Shown here in pieces: positions 19,609 through 28,609 of a DNA stretch of 64,000 nt. How positions within the stretch are numbered: the stretch's first letter is position 1; each line of letters starts with the position of its first letter. The notes beneath the pieces are model-generated. The model made no database searches. It saw only the letters and a program-made list of their open reading frames with translations, and had not been told where the DNA came from. Location of the stretch: the NCBI GenBank assembly GCA_037447115.1, contig JBBIHH010000004.1, positions 71,060 to 135,059 of the forward strand. The letters are read 5' to 3'. The DNA comes from Acidobacteriota bacterium. GTDB taxonomy: Bacteria > Acidobacteriota > Polarisedimenticolia > Polarisedimenticolales > JBBIHH01. A program made the position numbers and the translations under genes.

Positions 19609-19718
19609 GCGAGCCGGCGGCCGGTAAGGCCAGGGGAGGAGCTGGCCGCTGGCGGAGGCCTCCCCTGGGCCGCTCGGGGTTGGCAAGGGGGGAGGCTTCG
19701 GGGAAGATGCCCTGCGCC

Positions 19719-19934
19719 ATGAGCGGACGGAGGTTGCGGGACGTGCTGTTCGCGCTCTATGTCGCGCTGTGCGCGCTCTCGCTCACCTGGCCCGGGTATG
19801 CATGGCTCGGCAGCGGCGTCGAGCCCTTCGTGCTGGGCCTGCCCTTCGGCTTCGCGTGGAACGTGGGCTGGAGCGTGGCCACCTTCGCGGCGCTGGTGCT
19901 CTACGAGGCCGCGCGGCGCCGAATGGGGGATTGA
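19719..19934 (+). CDS. DUF3311-like small membrane protein (symporter partner)
   Basis: The two-TM pattern ...LTWPGYAW...VEPFVLGLPFGFAWNVGW... matches DUF3311 proteins found upstream of SSF transporters. The start could be 19707 or 19719. Confidence 0.6.
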   Translation: MSGRRLRDVLFALYVALCALSLTWPGYAWLGSGVEPFVLGLPFGFAWNVGWSVATFAALVLYEAARRRMGD

Positions 19935-19937
19935 GCG

Positions 19938-21419
19938 GTGCCCGCTGCCAGTGCCGTCCTGGCGATCGTGCTGGCCTATCTGGCCCTGAGCCTCGTCGTG
20001 GGCCTCTGGCCGGGCCGGCGCGCGAGCGCCACGGCCGAGGGTTATGTGGCGGGGGACCGCAGTCTCGGTCTCCTGCTGATGTATTTCATCACGGGTGCCA
20101 CGATCTTCAGCGCCTTCGCCTTTCTCGGCGGGCCGGGTTGGGCTTACTCGCGCGGAGCCGCGGCCTTCTACATCCTCGGTTACGGTGTCCTGGGTTTCAT
20201 CCCCTTCTATTTCGTCGGCCCCCGCGCGGCGCGCCTCGGCCGCCGTTACGGTTTCCTCACGCAGGCCGAGATGGTGGCGGCGCGTTTCGACTCGCGCGCC
20301 ATGGCGCTGGCGATGGCGGCGGTGAGCGTCGTCGCTCTCGTGCCGTATCTGGCGCTCCAGATCAAGGGCGCGGGCTACGTGCTCGACACCGTGACGCGGG
20401 GCGCGATTCCGGAGGCGGCCGGCGGGGCGATCGTCTACGGTGTCGTGCTGGTCTACGTGCTCCGCAGCGGGGTTCTCGGCGTGGGGTGGACCAACGCGTT
20501 GCAGGGGATGCTGATGATGGGCCTGGCCTGGGGGCTCGGATTGTACCTTCCGCACCGGCTCTACGGCGGTGTGGGGGAGATGTTCCGGCGCATCGCCGAG
20601 ACACGGCCGGAGCTCCTGCAGCCGCCCGGCCTCGCCGCCGGCGGCGAGGTTTGGGGCTGGGGGGAGTATTCGACGGCCGTGCTCGTTTCCGCCGTCGGCT
20701 TCAGCTTTTGGCCCCATCTGTTCATGAAGGTCTTCACGGCGCGTGACGACGCGACGCTGCGGCGCACCGTCGTGCTCTACCCGACGTTCCAGATATTCCT
20801 CGTGCCGCTGTTCTTGATCGGTTTCTGCGGCGTCCTGTTCGACCCGCCCCCCGAGCGCCCCGATCAGGTGCTGCCCCACATGCTGATGCACATGGACCTG
20901 CCGGCCGTCCTGGTCGGGCTTTTCTGCGCGGGGGCGCTCGCGGCGTCCATGTCCACCGGCGACGCCATGGTCCACGCCGCCGCCGCGATCGCCATCCGGG
21001 ACGGCTGGGCGCGAGGGCTGGGGGCCGCAGTGGATCCCGCCTCGGAGCGCAGGCTGATCCGCTGGGCCGTCGTGGCGGTCATGGCCGCCTCGTATCTCGT
21101 GGCGGTCCTCTACCAGGGATCCCTCGTGCTTCTGCTGCTATCCGCCTACGGGGCGATCGTGCAGTTCGCCCCCGCGGTGCTGGCGGCGCTGTACTGGAAG
21201 CGCGCGCACGGGCGGGCGGTCCTGGCGGGGATGATCGCGGGGTCGGCGGCGACGCTGCTGCTTACCGCCCGCCCGGAGCTTCGGCCCTGGCCCCTGCACC
21301 CGGGTGCCTACGGTCTCGCCCTTAATGTCGGCGTGCTGCTGCTGGGCCGCGCGAAAGCGGCCGAGCCGCGGCGGGAGGTCTCGGAGTTCCTGCGCGTCGC
21401 CGCGGGAAGATTGGGCTAG
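19938..21419 (+). CDS. Sodium:solute symporter family (SSF) transporter
   Basis: 493 aa polytopic protein. N-terminal ...YVAGDRSLG..., GGPGWAYSRG, and about 13 hydrophobic segments. Starts 3 nt after the small partner gene. Confidence 0.8.
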   Translation: MPAASAVLAIVLAYLALSLVVGLWPGRRASATAEGYVAGDRSLGLLLMYFITGATIFSAFAFLGGPGWAYSRGAAAFYILGYGVLGFIPFYFVGPRAARLGRRYGFLTQAEMVAARFDSRAMALAMAAVSVVALVPYLALQIKGAGYVLDTVTRGAIPEAAGGAIVYGVVLVYVLRSGVLGVGWTNALQGMLMMGLAWGLGLYLPHRLYGGVGEMFRRIAETRPELLQPPGLAAGGEVWGWGEYSTAVLVSAVGFSFWPHLFMKVFTARDDATLRRTVVLYPTFQIFLVPLFLIGFCGVLFDPPPERPDQVLPHMLMHMDLPAVLVGLFCAGALAASMSTGDAMVHAAAAIAIRDGWARGLGAAVDPASERRLIRWAVVAVMAASYLVAVLYQGSLVLLLLSAYGAIVQFAPAVLAALYWKRAHGRAVLAGMIAGSAATLLLTARPELRPWPLHPGAYGLALNVGVLLLGRAKAAEPRREVSEFLRVAAGRLG

Positions 21420-21960
21420 GGGGGCTCGGAGCGAGGTGCGAGCCCGCGAGAAAGCGGCGGCCCGCGGGGGATCTCCACCGCGGCCAGATCCCCGTGCTGG
21501 CAGCGCTCGTCCGGGGTTCTGCCGCGCGGGGAAAGGGTTCCCCATACACCCCTGCGCCGCGGAGCCGCTGTCGCAGGAGGACCTCGAGGAGCTTCGGGTG
21601 TTCTGGCTCGGGCGCCGCGACTTCCAGGCGCGCTTCGTGCTGCGCCACCCCTGGAGCGGCGAGCCCCTCTGCCCGGAAGCCTGGGCCTACGCGAGGGAGC
21701 TCGGCGAGCGCTACGAGCGGCAGGCACGAACCCTCGCCAGCCTCACCGGCTGGAACATCGAGGCGATACGCCGCAAGATGCGGGAAGCGGGCGACGGCGC
21801 GGCCGGGGATTGCTTGCCCCCCCGCCCTGATGGCGGCCGCTGTGGCCCTTGGCCGGTCCCGGACCGGAGCGAGGCACCTCCCTTCGTGCTCGAGCTCTTC
21901 CGGGACCGAGGGCGATCCCCGTCCCAGCCCCCTCCTGCGCAGGAGCGGGGCGCAGGTGCC

Positions 21961-24675
21961 TCACGGGCAGGCCGCGGTGTTCTGCTGCGGCCTGCAAGCC
22001 GCCGTCGCGGCCGGTCGCTCCTGCCCTGCGCCGTCCGTGCCGTAGCTTCCTTCGAAGCTCGGGTCGTGGGCCACGACGAGGAAGTAGCGGTCGCCCCCCT
22101 GGGGCGTGATCGTCGCCGAGGGGGCCCCGCCGCTGGAGCAGAGGTTGGCCTCGTGGCTGTACCAGTTTCCCAGCGCGCCTTCGTACACCGCGTAGTCCGT
22201 CCCGTCGCCGCACGTCGGTCCCCAGCTCAGGTCGAGATCGATTCCGTTCGGGTTCTTGGCAACAGTCAGCCAGCCTGTGATTTTCCCTGGCGCGGCGCTC
22301 GGTGGGAGGGGGGAATTCGTGCGCATGCCGAGGCGCAGGTTGGCGAGCGGTGCTTGAGGCGCGAAGGCCGCGTAACCGAACAGCCACGAACTCCCGGCGG
22401 CGCTCACCGCTGGGGTATCCTCGGGCTCGCTCGTCTCCGCGACCGCGAAGTTCTCGGGATCCGTCACGCTCCCGTCCGCCGCCACGCGCGCCGCGAAGAG
22501 ATCGCCCCGGTGCTGCTTGGGATAGGGTTCGTTGCGGTGGTCCACCCAGGTGACCACCCACTGCGTGCCGTCCCAGCCCGCGGCGGGAAGCGCTTCCCGC
22601 ACGGTGCCGGAGGAGATCCGGATGCCTGCCGCGCTGTCGAGGAGGGTTCCGTCGGCGAGCACGCGGCGCCCGAAAATGCGGTCGTGTTGCCAGACCACCA
22701 GGGCCGTGTCGCCGCCGACGGCGAGATGCGGCCGGTCCCGATGGCCGCCATCGCAGCAAGCCGAGATATCGAACTTGGTCTGCAGCAACCCGTCCTGGCC
22801 GATGAAGGCGCCGACGATCCTCGAGCGCGGGTTGTCGTGGGTGACGTTTTGCTCCCACACGGCGAACCAGCGGCTGCCGAAGGCGGTCACCCGCGGCCAC
22901 ACGTCGAAGTTCTGCCCGATGCGCTGGCGAGGCCCCAGGACGTTGCCGCTCGTGTCCACGCGGATGGCGTAGGCGTAGCGGATGTCGAGGCTGACGTCGT
23001 TGTCCGTGCCGACCACGAGGAACATCCCGTCGAGGCCCGCGACGTCGGGCATCTGTCCCGGCATGATCGGAAAAGGCGCCGCGTCGAGACGCGCGCCATC
23101 CGCCCCGAGGCGCCGGCCGTAGATCGTGCCGCGGCCCTCGCGCGTGCGCTCCCACACCACGAGATAGCGCGAACCGTCCCAGCCCGCAGCCGGGGTCGTG
23201 AGATCGGTCTCGCCGTTGCCCCCGGCGACGAGGATCGGTTCCGGGTCGATCGGGTCGCCGTTGGCGTCGAGCCGCTGGGCCATCACGAAGGTTTCTTCCG
23301 ACGCCTCGCGCACGAAAACGACCAGGTGGTTCGTGCCGTCGAAGGCGAAGCGGGGGCGGCTCTGGCGGGGCGCCCCAAGACTCACCGCGGCGGGGGTTCC
23401 AGCCTGGCCATCGGCGCCGACCACGATGCGCTGGATGTCGTCGCGGTCGCGCTGCGTCAGGACGACGCCGGAGGGGGCGCCCGGGGCGAGCGCCACTTCG
23501 GCACCGGAGTCGGCGACCTTGTGGGGCTGGCGTTCCGCCAGCGTCCCGTTGGTGCGCACGCGCCTGACGAACACGTCCGCGTCCACGGGGGCGAGGCTCA
23601 GTTGCTGCGCGTAGCCCACGAAGTAGTAGGACCCGTCCCACGCCACGTCGGGCTCGAACGTCGTGTAGCCACCGTCCTCGACGAGGGCGATCCCGCCCGG
23701 ATCGAGCACCGCGCCCTCGGCGCTGACCCGGGAGCCGTAGAGCTGGGAGAATCCGAAGTAGCGACCCTCGTGCCAGGCGACGAAGAACGCGCTGCCGTTC
23801 GAGGCGACCGCAGGGTTGTCGGGATCGCTCGGGCTGTAGAGGTTGATGGTGAACGGTTCGCCGATCGGGTCGAGCGCCGTGTCGAGCAGCTGTCCCCGAA
23901 TCACCTTGTCCAGGGAAAGGTCCGCCTCTCGCCACACCATGAGGTAGCGTCCCGCGGCGAAGGCCAAATCCGCTTTCTGCGGATCCGAGTTCCAGGTGTC
24001 GCGCCTGAGTGGCCGGCCCCCGGGATCGAGGACGGTACCGTCGGCGGCCACCCGGGCGCCCTCGATCGTGTAGACCGACGTCGCGGCGTCCAGGTCGCGC
24101 CAGGCGACGATCCAGCGGGTCCCGTCGCTGGCCGCGCTCCAGGGCCGCGAGTCTGCGGAGGGCTGGTCCCCTCGATGGACCAGGATCGGCGTGCCGTCGA
24201 GCACCGCGCCGTTCGGCGCCACGCGCAGGCCCAGGACGTCCACGAAGTTGCCGTGCTCGCGCTCCGCGGCCCAAACGACGAGCCAGTTCTGGCCGTTCCA
24301 GGCCGCCTGGGGCGCGTACTGGTGATAGTCCTCCCGGGAGAGAAGGATCGGTGTCGTGTCGAGCAGGTTGCCTTCGTTGTCGAGGCGCGCCGCGTAAACG
24401 TCCGTCATCGTGCCCCGGCCCTCGCCTTCGTAGGTCGTCCCCGGGCCGCCGGGCACCACGAGCGACGACCGCCGGTCGGCCCAGACCACGAGGTAGCCGT
24501 TGGCGCCGCGCGAGATGCGCGGCCGTTCCTGCGTTTGAGCGGCTGCGCGCGGCGTGCTGTCTCCCGGAAGGAAGAAAGGATCCGCGAGTGGAGGGGACTC
24601 GGCGATGGCCGGCCCGGCGCTCCCGAGGATCTCGATCGCGACGGCGAGACCCGAACCCGACCGGCCGACGGCCAT
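21961..24675 (-). CDS. Secreted repeat protein: about 14 repeats of about 55 aa (likely beta-propeller) plus a Cys-containing C-terminal beta-sandwich-like domain
   Basis: The recurrent unit fits the pattern P.vA.dG..(Y/W)LVVW......(D/E)(V/I)YG.RV..dG..LD. Examples are GYLVVWADRR...DVYAARLDNEGNLLD, NWLVVWAAE...LGLRVAPNGAVLD and RYLVVWERT...IYGRRLGADGARLD. N-terminus ...GLAVAIEILGSAGPAIA/ESPP. Alternative GTG start at 24711. The ORF-track start at 25770 is over-extended. Confidence 0.7.
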   Translation of the reverse strand: MAVGRSGSGLAVAIEILGSAGPAIAESPPLADPFFLPGDSTPRAAAQTQERPRISRGANGYLVVWADRRSSLVVPGGPGTTYEGEGRGTMTDVYAARLDNEGNLLDTTPILLSREDYHQYAPQAAWNGQNWLVVWAAEREHGNFVDVLGLRVAPNGAVLDGTPILVHRGDQPSADSRPWSAASDGTRWIVAWRDLDAATSVYTIEGARVAADGTVLDPGGRPLRRDTWNSDPQKADLAFAAGRYLMVWREADLSLDKVIRGQLLDTALDPIGEPFTINLYSPSDPDNPAVASNGSAFFVAWHEGRYFGFSQLYGSRVSAEGAVLDPGGIALVEDGGYTTFEPDVAWDGSYYFVGYAQQLSLAPVDADVFVRRVRTNGTLAERQPHKVADSGAEVALAPGAPSGVVLTQRDRDDIQRIVVGADGQAGTPAAVSLGAPRQSRPRFAFDGTNHLVVFVREASEETFVMAQRLDANGDPIDPEPILVAGGNGETDLTTPAAGWDGSRYLVVWERTREGRGTIYGRRLGADGARLDAAPFPIMPGQMPDVAGLDGMFLVVGTDNDVSLDIRYAYAIRVDTSGNVLGPRQRIGQNFDVWPRVTAFGSRWFAVWEQNVTHDNPRSRIVGAFIGQDGLLQTKFDISACCDGGHRDRPHLAVGGDTALVVWQHDRIFGRRVLADGTLLDSAAGIRISSGTVREALPAAGWDGTQWVVTWVDHRNEPYPKQHRGDLFAARVAADGSVTDPENFAVAETSEPEDTPAVSAAGSSWLFGYAAFAPQAPLANLRLGMRTNSPLPPSAAPGKITGWLTVAKNPNGIDLDLSWGPTCGDGTDYAVYEGALGNWYSHEANLCSSGGAPSATITPQGGDRYFLVVAHDPSFEGSYGTDGAGQERPAATAACRPQQNTAACP

Positions 24676-24938
24676 GCGGATTTTCTCGAGAAAAGAAGCT
24701 CTGCCCCTCACAACGGCACCCCCCGCTTCACCCGGCGGAAGAGAAAAGAGCTTCCTCGTGCCGCTTTGATACCTGGGGGCGAGGCTTTCCGGACGCCTGC
24801 CGGGTTCGCGCTCCCCGCGGAGCGTCCCCCTCCCAGGCAAGCTGTCCTCGCGTCGCGCACTCGAGCGCCCGAACCCCGCTTCCGGGACCCGGGCGCGCCA
24901 TGCGGGACGAAAGAAGAAAACCCCTGGCGCCGCCGGCT

Positions 24939-25676
24939 TCAGTTGGCTTCGACGACCAGGTAGAACGCCAGATCGGGAGAGGTCGTGTCCGTCAAGCTCG
25001 TCGCGGTCGTCGCCGGGGCGAGGTTGGTCGGTACGGGCATGGCGGGGGTCGTGTCGCGAAACACGTTCCACGGTCCGACGCCGCCCGTCCACTGGAGCAC
25101 GGGGTTCAAGTTCGCGTCCTTGTTGAGTAGAAGCTGGATCGGGCTCACGACCGTCAGCGTGCCGTTCATCGTGTCGAAGGGCGGGTTGTGGTGGAGCCGG
25201 CAGATGAAAGGATAGGCCGCCGGTGCGACGGCGGCGTAGTGGCACACGCTCCACTCCAGAGGGCTGTCGATGTTCCCCGTCTCCCAGTCGCACGGTGGCG
25301 TGATATTGGTGCTGGTGCAGGCGTCCGCTTGGTTGCATCCGCTCCCTGTGGTCACCTCCGTCGAGGAGTGCCACGGCGTGATGTCGCTCTTGTGCCAGCG
25401 GATGCACTGGAAATTCCAGGGAACCCCGGGTGTTGCGCTCTCGCCTTCGATGCGCGGGTTTTGAGGGACGAACGCCGTCGGGTTCGTCATCTCGACCGTG
25501 ATGAATCGCGGCGAGGCGATGTTCTGGCACTGGACCGGAAGATTGGGGTTGCCGGCGGCGTCCTTGCCCACGGCGCAGTTGCTGGTCTTGCAGGTCGTCG
25601 TCTGAGCGAGCGCGGCGGGCGAGCCGAGCCCGCCGGCAAGGTAGAGACCGAAGAGAACGATCGCGGCACGGCGCAT
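24939..25676 (-). CDS. Secreted cupredoxin-like (putative type-1 copper) protein with C-terminal extra domain
   Basis: Signal peptide MRRAAIVLFGLYLAGGLGSPAALA/Q. YPFICRLHHNPPFDTMNGTLTVV fits the cupredoxin ligand-loop pattern Y.F.C..H...M.G.L.V. Many Cys in the N-terminal half. Confidence 0.6.
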   Translation of the reverse strand: MRRAAIVLFGLYLAGGLGSPAALAQTTTCKTSNCAVGKDAAGNPNLPVQCQNIASPRFITVEMTNPTAFVPQNPRIEGESATPGVPWNFQCIRWHKSDITPWHSSTEVTTGSGCNQADACTSTNITPPCDWETGNIDSPLEWSVCHYAAVAPAAYPFICRLHHNPPFDTMNGTLTVVSPIQLLLNKDANLNPVLQWTGGVGPWNVFRDTTPAMPVPTNLAPATTATSLTDTTSPDLAFYLVVEAN

Positions 25677-25833
25677 GGGACCCCTCCCGGTAGCGGAAAC
25701 CGATCTCGACAACCGACCCTATACCCCCCCGATTCCCTCCCCGGGTGCGAGAGGGGGGACAGTGATGCACCTGAGAGGCGTGCGTTCCCGCCGCGGGCCT
25801 AGCGCGGGCTCGGGTCGGGTGAGATAAGGATCC

Positions 25834-27156
25834 TCAGGCAGGCAGGCCGTCCCGCAACACCGCCGTTACGGCCTCCGAGAAGCGGTCGAGCTCTTCGGGT
25901 GTGGTGTAGACGCTCGGGCTCACGCGTACCCCTCGCACCTCCTCGTGTTGGATGGCGGTGGTGAGGATGCGGTGCCGGTGCCACAGATGCTCCACCAGGG
26001 CGACCTCGTCCACGCCTTCGATGTGGAACGTGGCGATGCCGCAGGAAAAGCGCGGATCGAGGCTCGTGAGCAGGCGCACCCGATCGTGCTCCCGCAAGCG
26101 TCGCGCCCACAAGTCCCGCAGGTAGCGCAACCGGGCCGCCTTGCGCTCCGCCCCGAGACCCTCGTGGAACGTCAGGGCGTCGGCGATGGCCAGCGCCGGA
26201 GCGGCTGGGTGCGTGCCGATCTCCTCGAACTTGCGGATGTCCTCCTCCATCCCCTCGGGCGGGGGCATCAGGGCCCACAGATCGCGGATCTTCTCCCGCC
26301 GCACGTAGAGCATCCCCGTTCCCACGGGTGCGAACAGCCACTTGTGCAGGCTCGTGGCGAAGTACTCGCAGTCGAGATCGTCTCGGGTGAAGGGAAAGTG
26401 CGCGAAGGAATGCGCCCCGTCGACGATCACCGGGATCCCGTGCCGGCGCGCCATCTGCACGATCTCGCGCACGGGGAGGATCTGCCCGGTGAGGTTGATC
26501 ACGTGGCTCGCGAGGATCGTGCGCGTGCGCGGGGTGATGGCCTCCTCGAAGCGGCGCACGACCTCGGCCGGATCCTCGGCGGGTACGGGGATCTGGATCG
26601 TGCGCAGGACGGCTCCCTCGCGCCGCTCCCGCTGGCGCCACGCCTGCACCATGCGCGGGTAGTCCTGGGTCGTCGTCAACAGCTCGTCGCCGCGGCGGAC
26701 GTCGAAGCCGAGCTGGCAGATGTGGAGACCTTCCGAGGCGTTGCGGGTGATGGCGACCTCCTCGGCCTCGCAACCCAACAGGCGCGCGAGCCGGGCGCGG
26801 ACGGTTTCCTTCTGGGGCTCCAGGATCTTCCACATCGTGTGGGCGGGGGCAAGGTTCGAGATGTCGAAGTAGCGCTTGAAGGCCTCGGCGGCGCCGCGCG
26901 GGCAGGGCGACACGCCGCCGTTATTGAGGTTGACGATCGAGCGGTCCACCGGGAAGGCCTGCTGCGCGTGGCTCCAGAACGCCTCGTCGCGGGCGATCGT
27001 GTCCGGGTCGCCCGGTGTGGCGGCGAGCTCGCGGGCGATCGCCGCGGCGCGCGGCACGAGCCACGGCCCGACCGCCGCCGCCAGCACGGGGTAGTGCAGG
27101 TGCGCGAGGAAGGCCCGCCGCGTCGGGACGGCGATCTCAGCGGATGGGCGTTTCAT
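25834..27156 (-). CDS. Class-V aminotransferase-fold PLP-dependent enzyme (isopenicillin-N-epimerase/cysteine-desulfurase-like) with Tat-type signal
   Basis: 440 aa. N-terminus ...VPTRRAFLAHL + hydrophobic stretch + AIA. Body has ITRNASEG, DGAHSF and ATSLHKWLFAPVGTGMLY (PLP lysine context). Confidence 0.75.
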   Translation of the reverse strand: MKRPSAEIAVPTRRAFLAHLHYPVLAAAVGPWLVPRAAAIARELAATPGDPDTIARDEAFWSHAQQAFPVDRSIVNLNNGGVSPCPRGAAEAFKRYFDISNLAPAHTMWKILEPQKETVRARLARLLGCEAEEVAITRNASEGLHICQLGFDVRRGDELLTTTQDYPRMVQAWRQRERREGAVLRTIQIPVPAEDPAEVVRRFEEAITPRTRTILASHVINLTGQILPVREIVQMARRHGIPVIVDGAHSFAHFPFTRDDLDCEYFATSLHKWLFAPVGTGMLYVRREKIRDLWALMPPPEGMEEDIRKFEEIGTHPAAPALAIADALTFHEGLGAERKAARLRYLRDLWARRLREHDRVRLLTSLDPRFSCGIATFHIEGVDEVALVEHLWHRHRILTTAIQHEEVRGVRVSPSVYTTPEELDRFSEAVTAVLRDGLPA

Positions 27157-28609
27157 TCGGGACCTCCCCGGGCCGCGAGCCCGGCGTGGCGAGACTCACG
27201 ATCACGACCATCGCCGCGCTGATCGCAGCGCTCGCGGCCTTGATGTCCAGGATCGCGTTCAGTCCCGGCGCATGCCGCCAGGCAATCGCCGAGACCATGC
27301 CGCCCAACATCCCCGCCAGCACCCCCCAGCGGCTCGTCCCGCGCCACCAGAGGGCGAACAGCAGCGGCGGTCCGAAAGACGACCCGAGCCCCGACCAGGC
27401 ATAGGCCACCATCGTGTCGATCAGCTCGGAGCCCTCGAGGGCGAGCCAGGCGAGCCACAGCGCCACCCCTGCGATCGCCAGCGTGGCGAGGCGCGAGAGC
27501 AGCACCAGCCGCTCCGGCCGCTCCCGCGGCCGGAAAAGCCGAACATAGATGTCCTCCACCAGCGTCGAGGTCGCGACGAGGAGCTGGCTATCCGCCGTGG
27601 ACATCATCGCCGCGGTCGCTCCGGAGATCATCACGCCCGCGAGCCAGCCGGGCAGCAGCGTCTTCGCGAGCAGGGGCATCACCTGCTCGTGGTCCGGGAG
27701 GTCGGGCCCCAGGACCGCCACGCCCACGATGCCGATGAAGGGTGCGCCCCAGTAGGAAAGAAGCACCCAGCCCATGGCGATCAGGCCCGCCTGCCGGAGT
27801 TCCGAGGTGCGGCGGATGGCCATGTAGCGGGTCAGCAGATGGGGCTGGCCGAGGTAGCCCAGGCCCCAGGAAAGCCCGCCCACCGCGACGCCCAGGAGGA
27901 ACGCGGAGCCGGTCTTGCCGCCGTCCATCGCCAGAAAGCCGGGCCCCCTCGCGGCCATGGCCTGCGCCAGCGCGTCGAAACCGCCCAGGTGGGCGAGGCC
28001 CACGAGCGGCAGCACGACGGCCACGAAGGTCATCAGCAGACCCTGGATCAGGTCGGTGAAGGCCACCGCCAGGAAGCCCCCCATCAGCGTGTAGAGCACG
28101 ACCACGCCCGCGCCGACGAGAATCCCGTAGCGAGGGTCGAGGCCGAACGTGGCATGCAGGATCTTGCCTCCCCCGTGGAACTGGGCCGCGACATAGGCGG
28201 TATAGAAGACGAGAATCGCGACCATCGACACGAGCCGCAGCAGGCGCGTGCGGTCGCCGAACTTGAGCTCGAAGTAATCGGGCAGGGTCAGCGCACCGAG
28301 CCGCCCGCTCTCGCGCCGCAGCGGGATGGCGATGAAGGTCCACGAGGCGAGAATCCCGAAGCCGATCCCGATGACGGACCAGAACTCCGTGAACCCCAAA
28401 CCGTAGGCCGCTCCAGGCAGCCCCAGCAGAAACCAGGCGGACTCGCCTGAGGCGCGCTCGGAGATCGCCGAAACCCAGGGGCCGAGCCGCCGCCCGCCGA
28501 GGACGAAGTCGTCGAGGGATTTCATGGAGCGCCAGCAGAACAGCCCCACGCCCAGCATGACGCCCAGGTAGATCAGCAAGCCCGCGACGATCTGGGGATC
28601 GGCGCTCAA
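27137..28609 (-). CDS. Sodium:solute symporter (PutP-like)
   Basis: DFVLGGRRLGPWVSAISERASGESAWFLLGLPGAAY is the SSF/PutP N-terminal signature. A TTG start at 28609 overlaps the stop of the upstream micro-ORF. The 3' end overlaps the PLP gene start by 20 nt. Confidence 0.85.
   Translation of the reverse strand: MSADPQIVAGLLIYLGVMLGVGLFCWRSMKSLDDFVLGGRRLGPWVSAISERASGESAWFLLGLPGAAYGLGFTEFWSVIGIGFGILASWTFIAIPLRRESGRLGALTLPDYFELKFGDRTRLLRLVSMVAILVFYTAYVAAQFHGGGKILHATFGLDPRYGILVGAGVVVLYTLMGGFLAVAFTDLIQGLLMTFVAVVLPLVGLAHLGGFDALAQAMAARGPGFLAMDGGKTGSAFLLGVAVGGLSWGLGYLGQPHLLTRYMAIRRTSELRQAGLIAMGWVLLSYWGAPFIGIVGVAVLGPDLPDHEQVMPLLAKTLLPGWLAGVMISGATAAMMSTADSQLLVATSTLVEDIYVRLFRPRERPERLVLLSRLATLAIAGVALWLAWLALEGSELIDTMVAYAWSGLGSSFGPPLLFALWWRGTSRWGVLAGMLGGMVSAIAWRHAPGLNAILDIKAASAAISAAMVVIVSLATPGSRPGEVPNETPIR

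Noticed and set aside
21304-24963. A 1219-aa plus-strand ORF, and an 843-aa minus-strand ORF at 21743-24274, both overlapping the repeat-protein gene.
   Set aside because: The translations are Arg/Gly/Pro/Ala-rich with no motifs. The third reading frame on the minus strand gives a clean repeat protein with a signal peptide. These are antisense or off-frame shadows. Only the first about 250 nt of the plus frame look protein-like, and that is reported separately.
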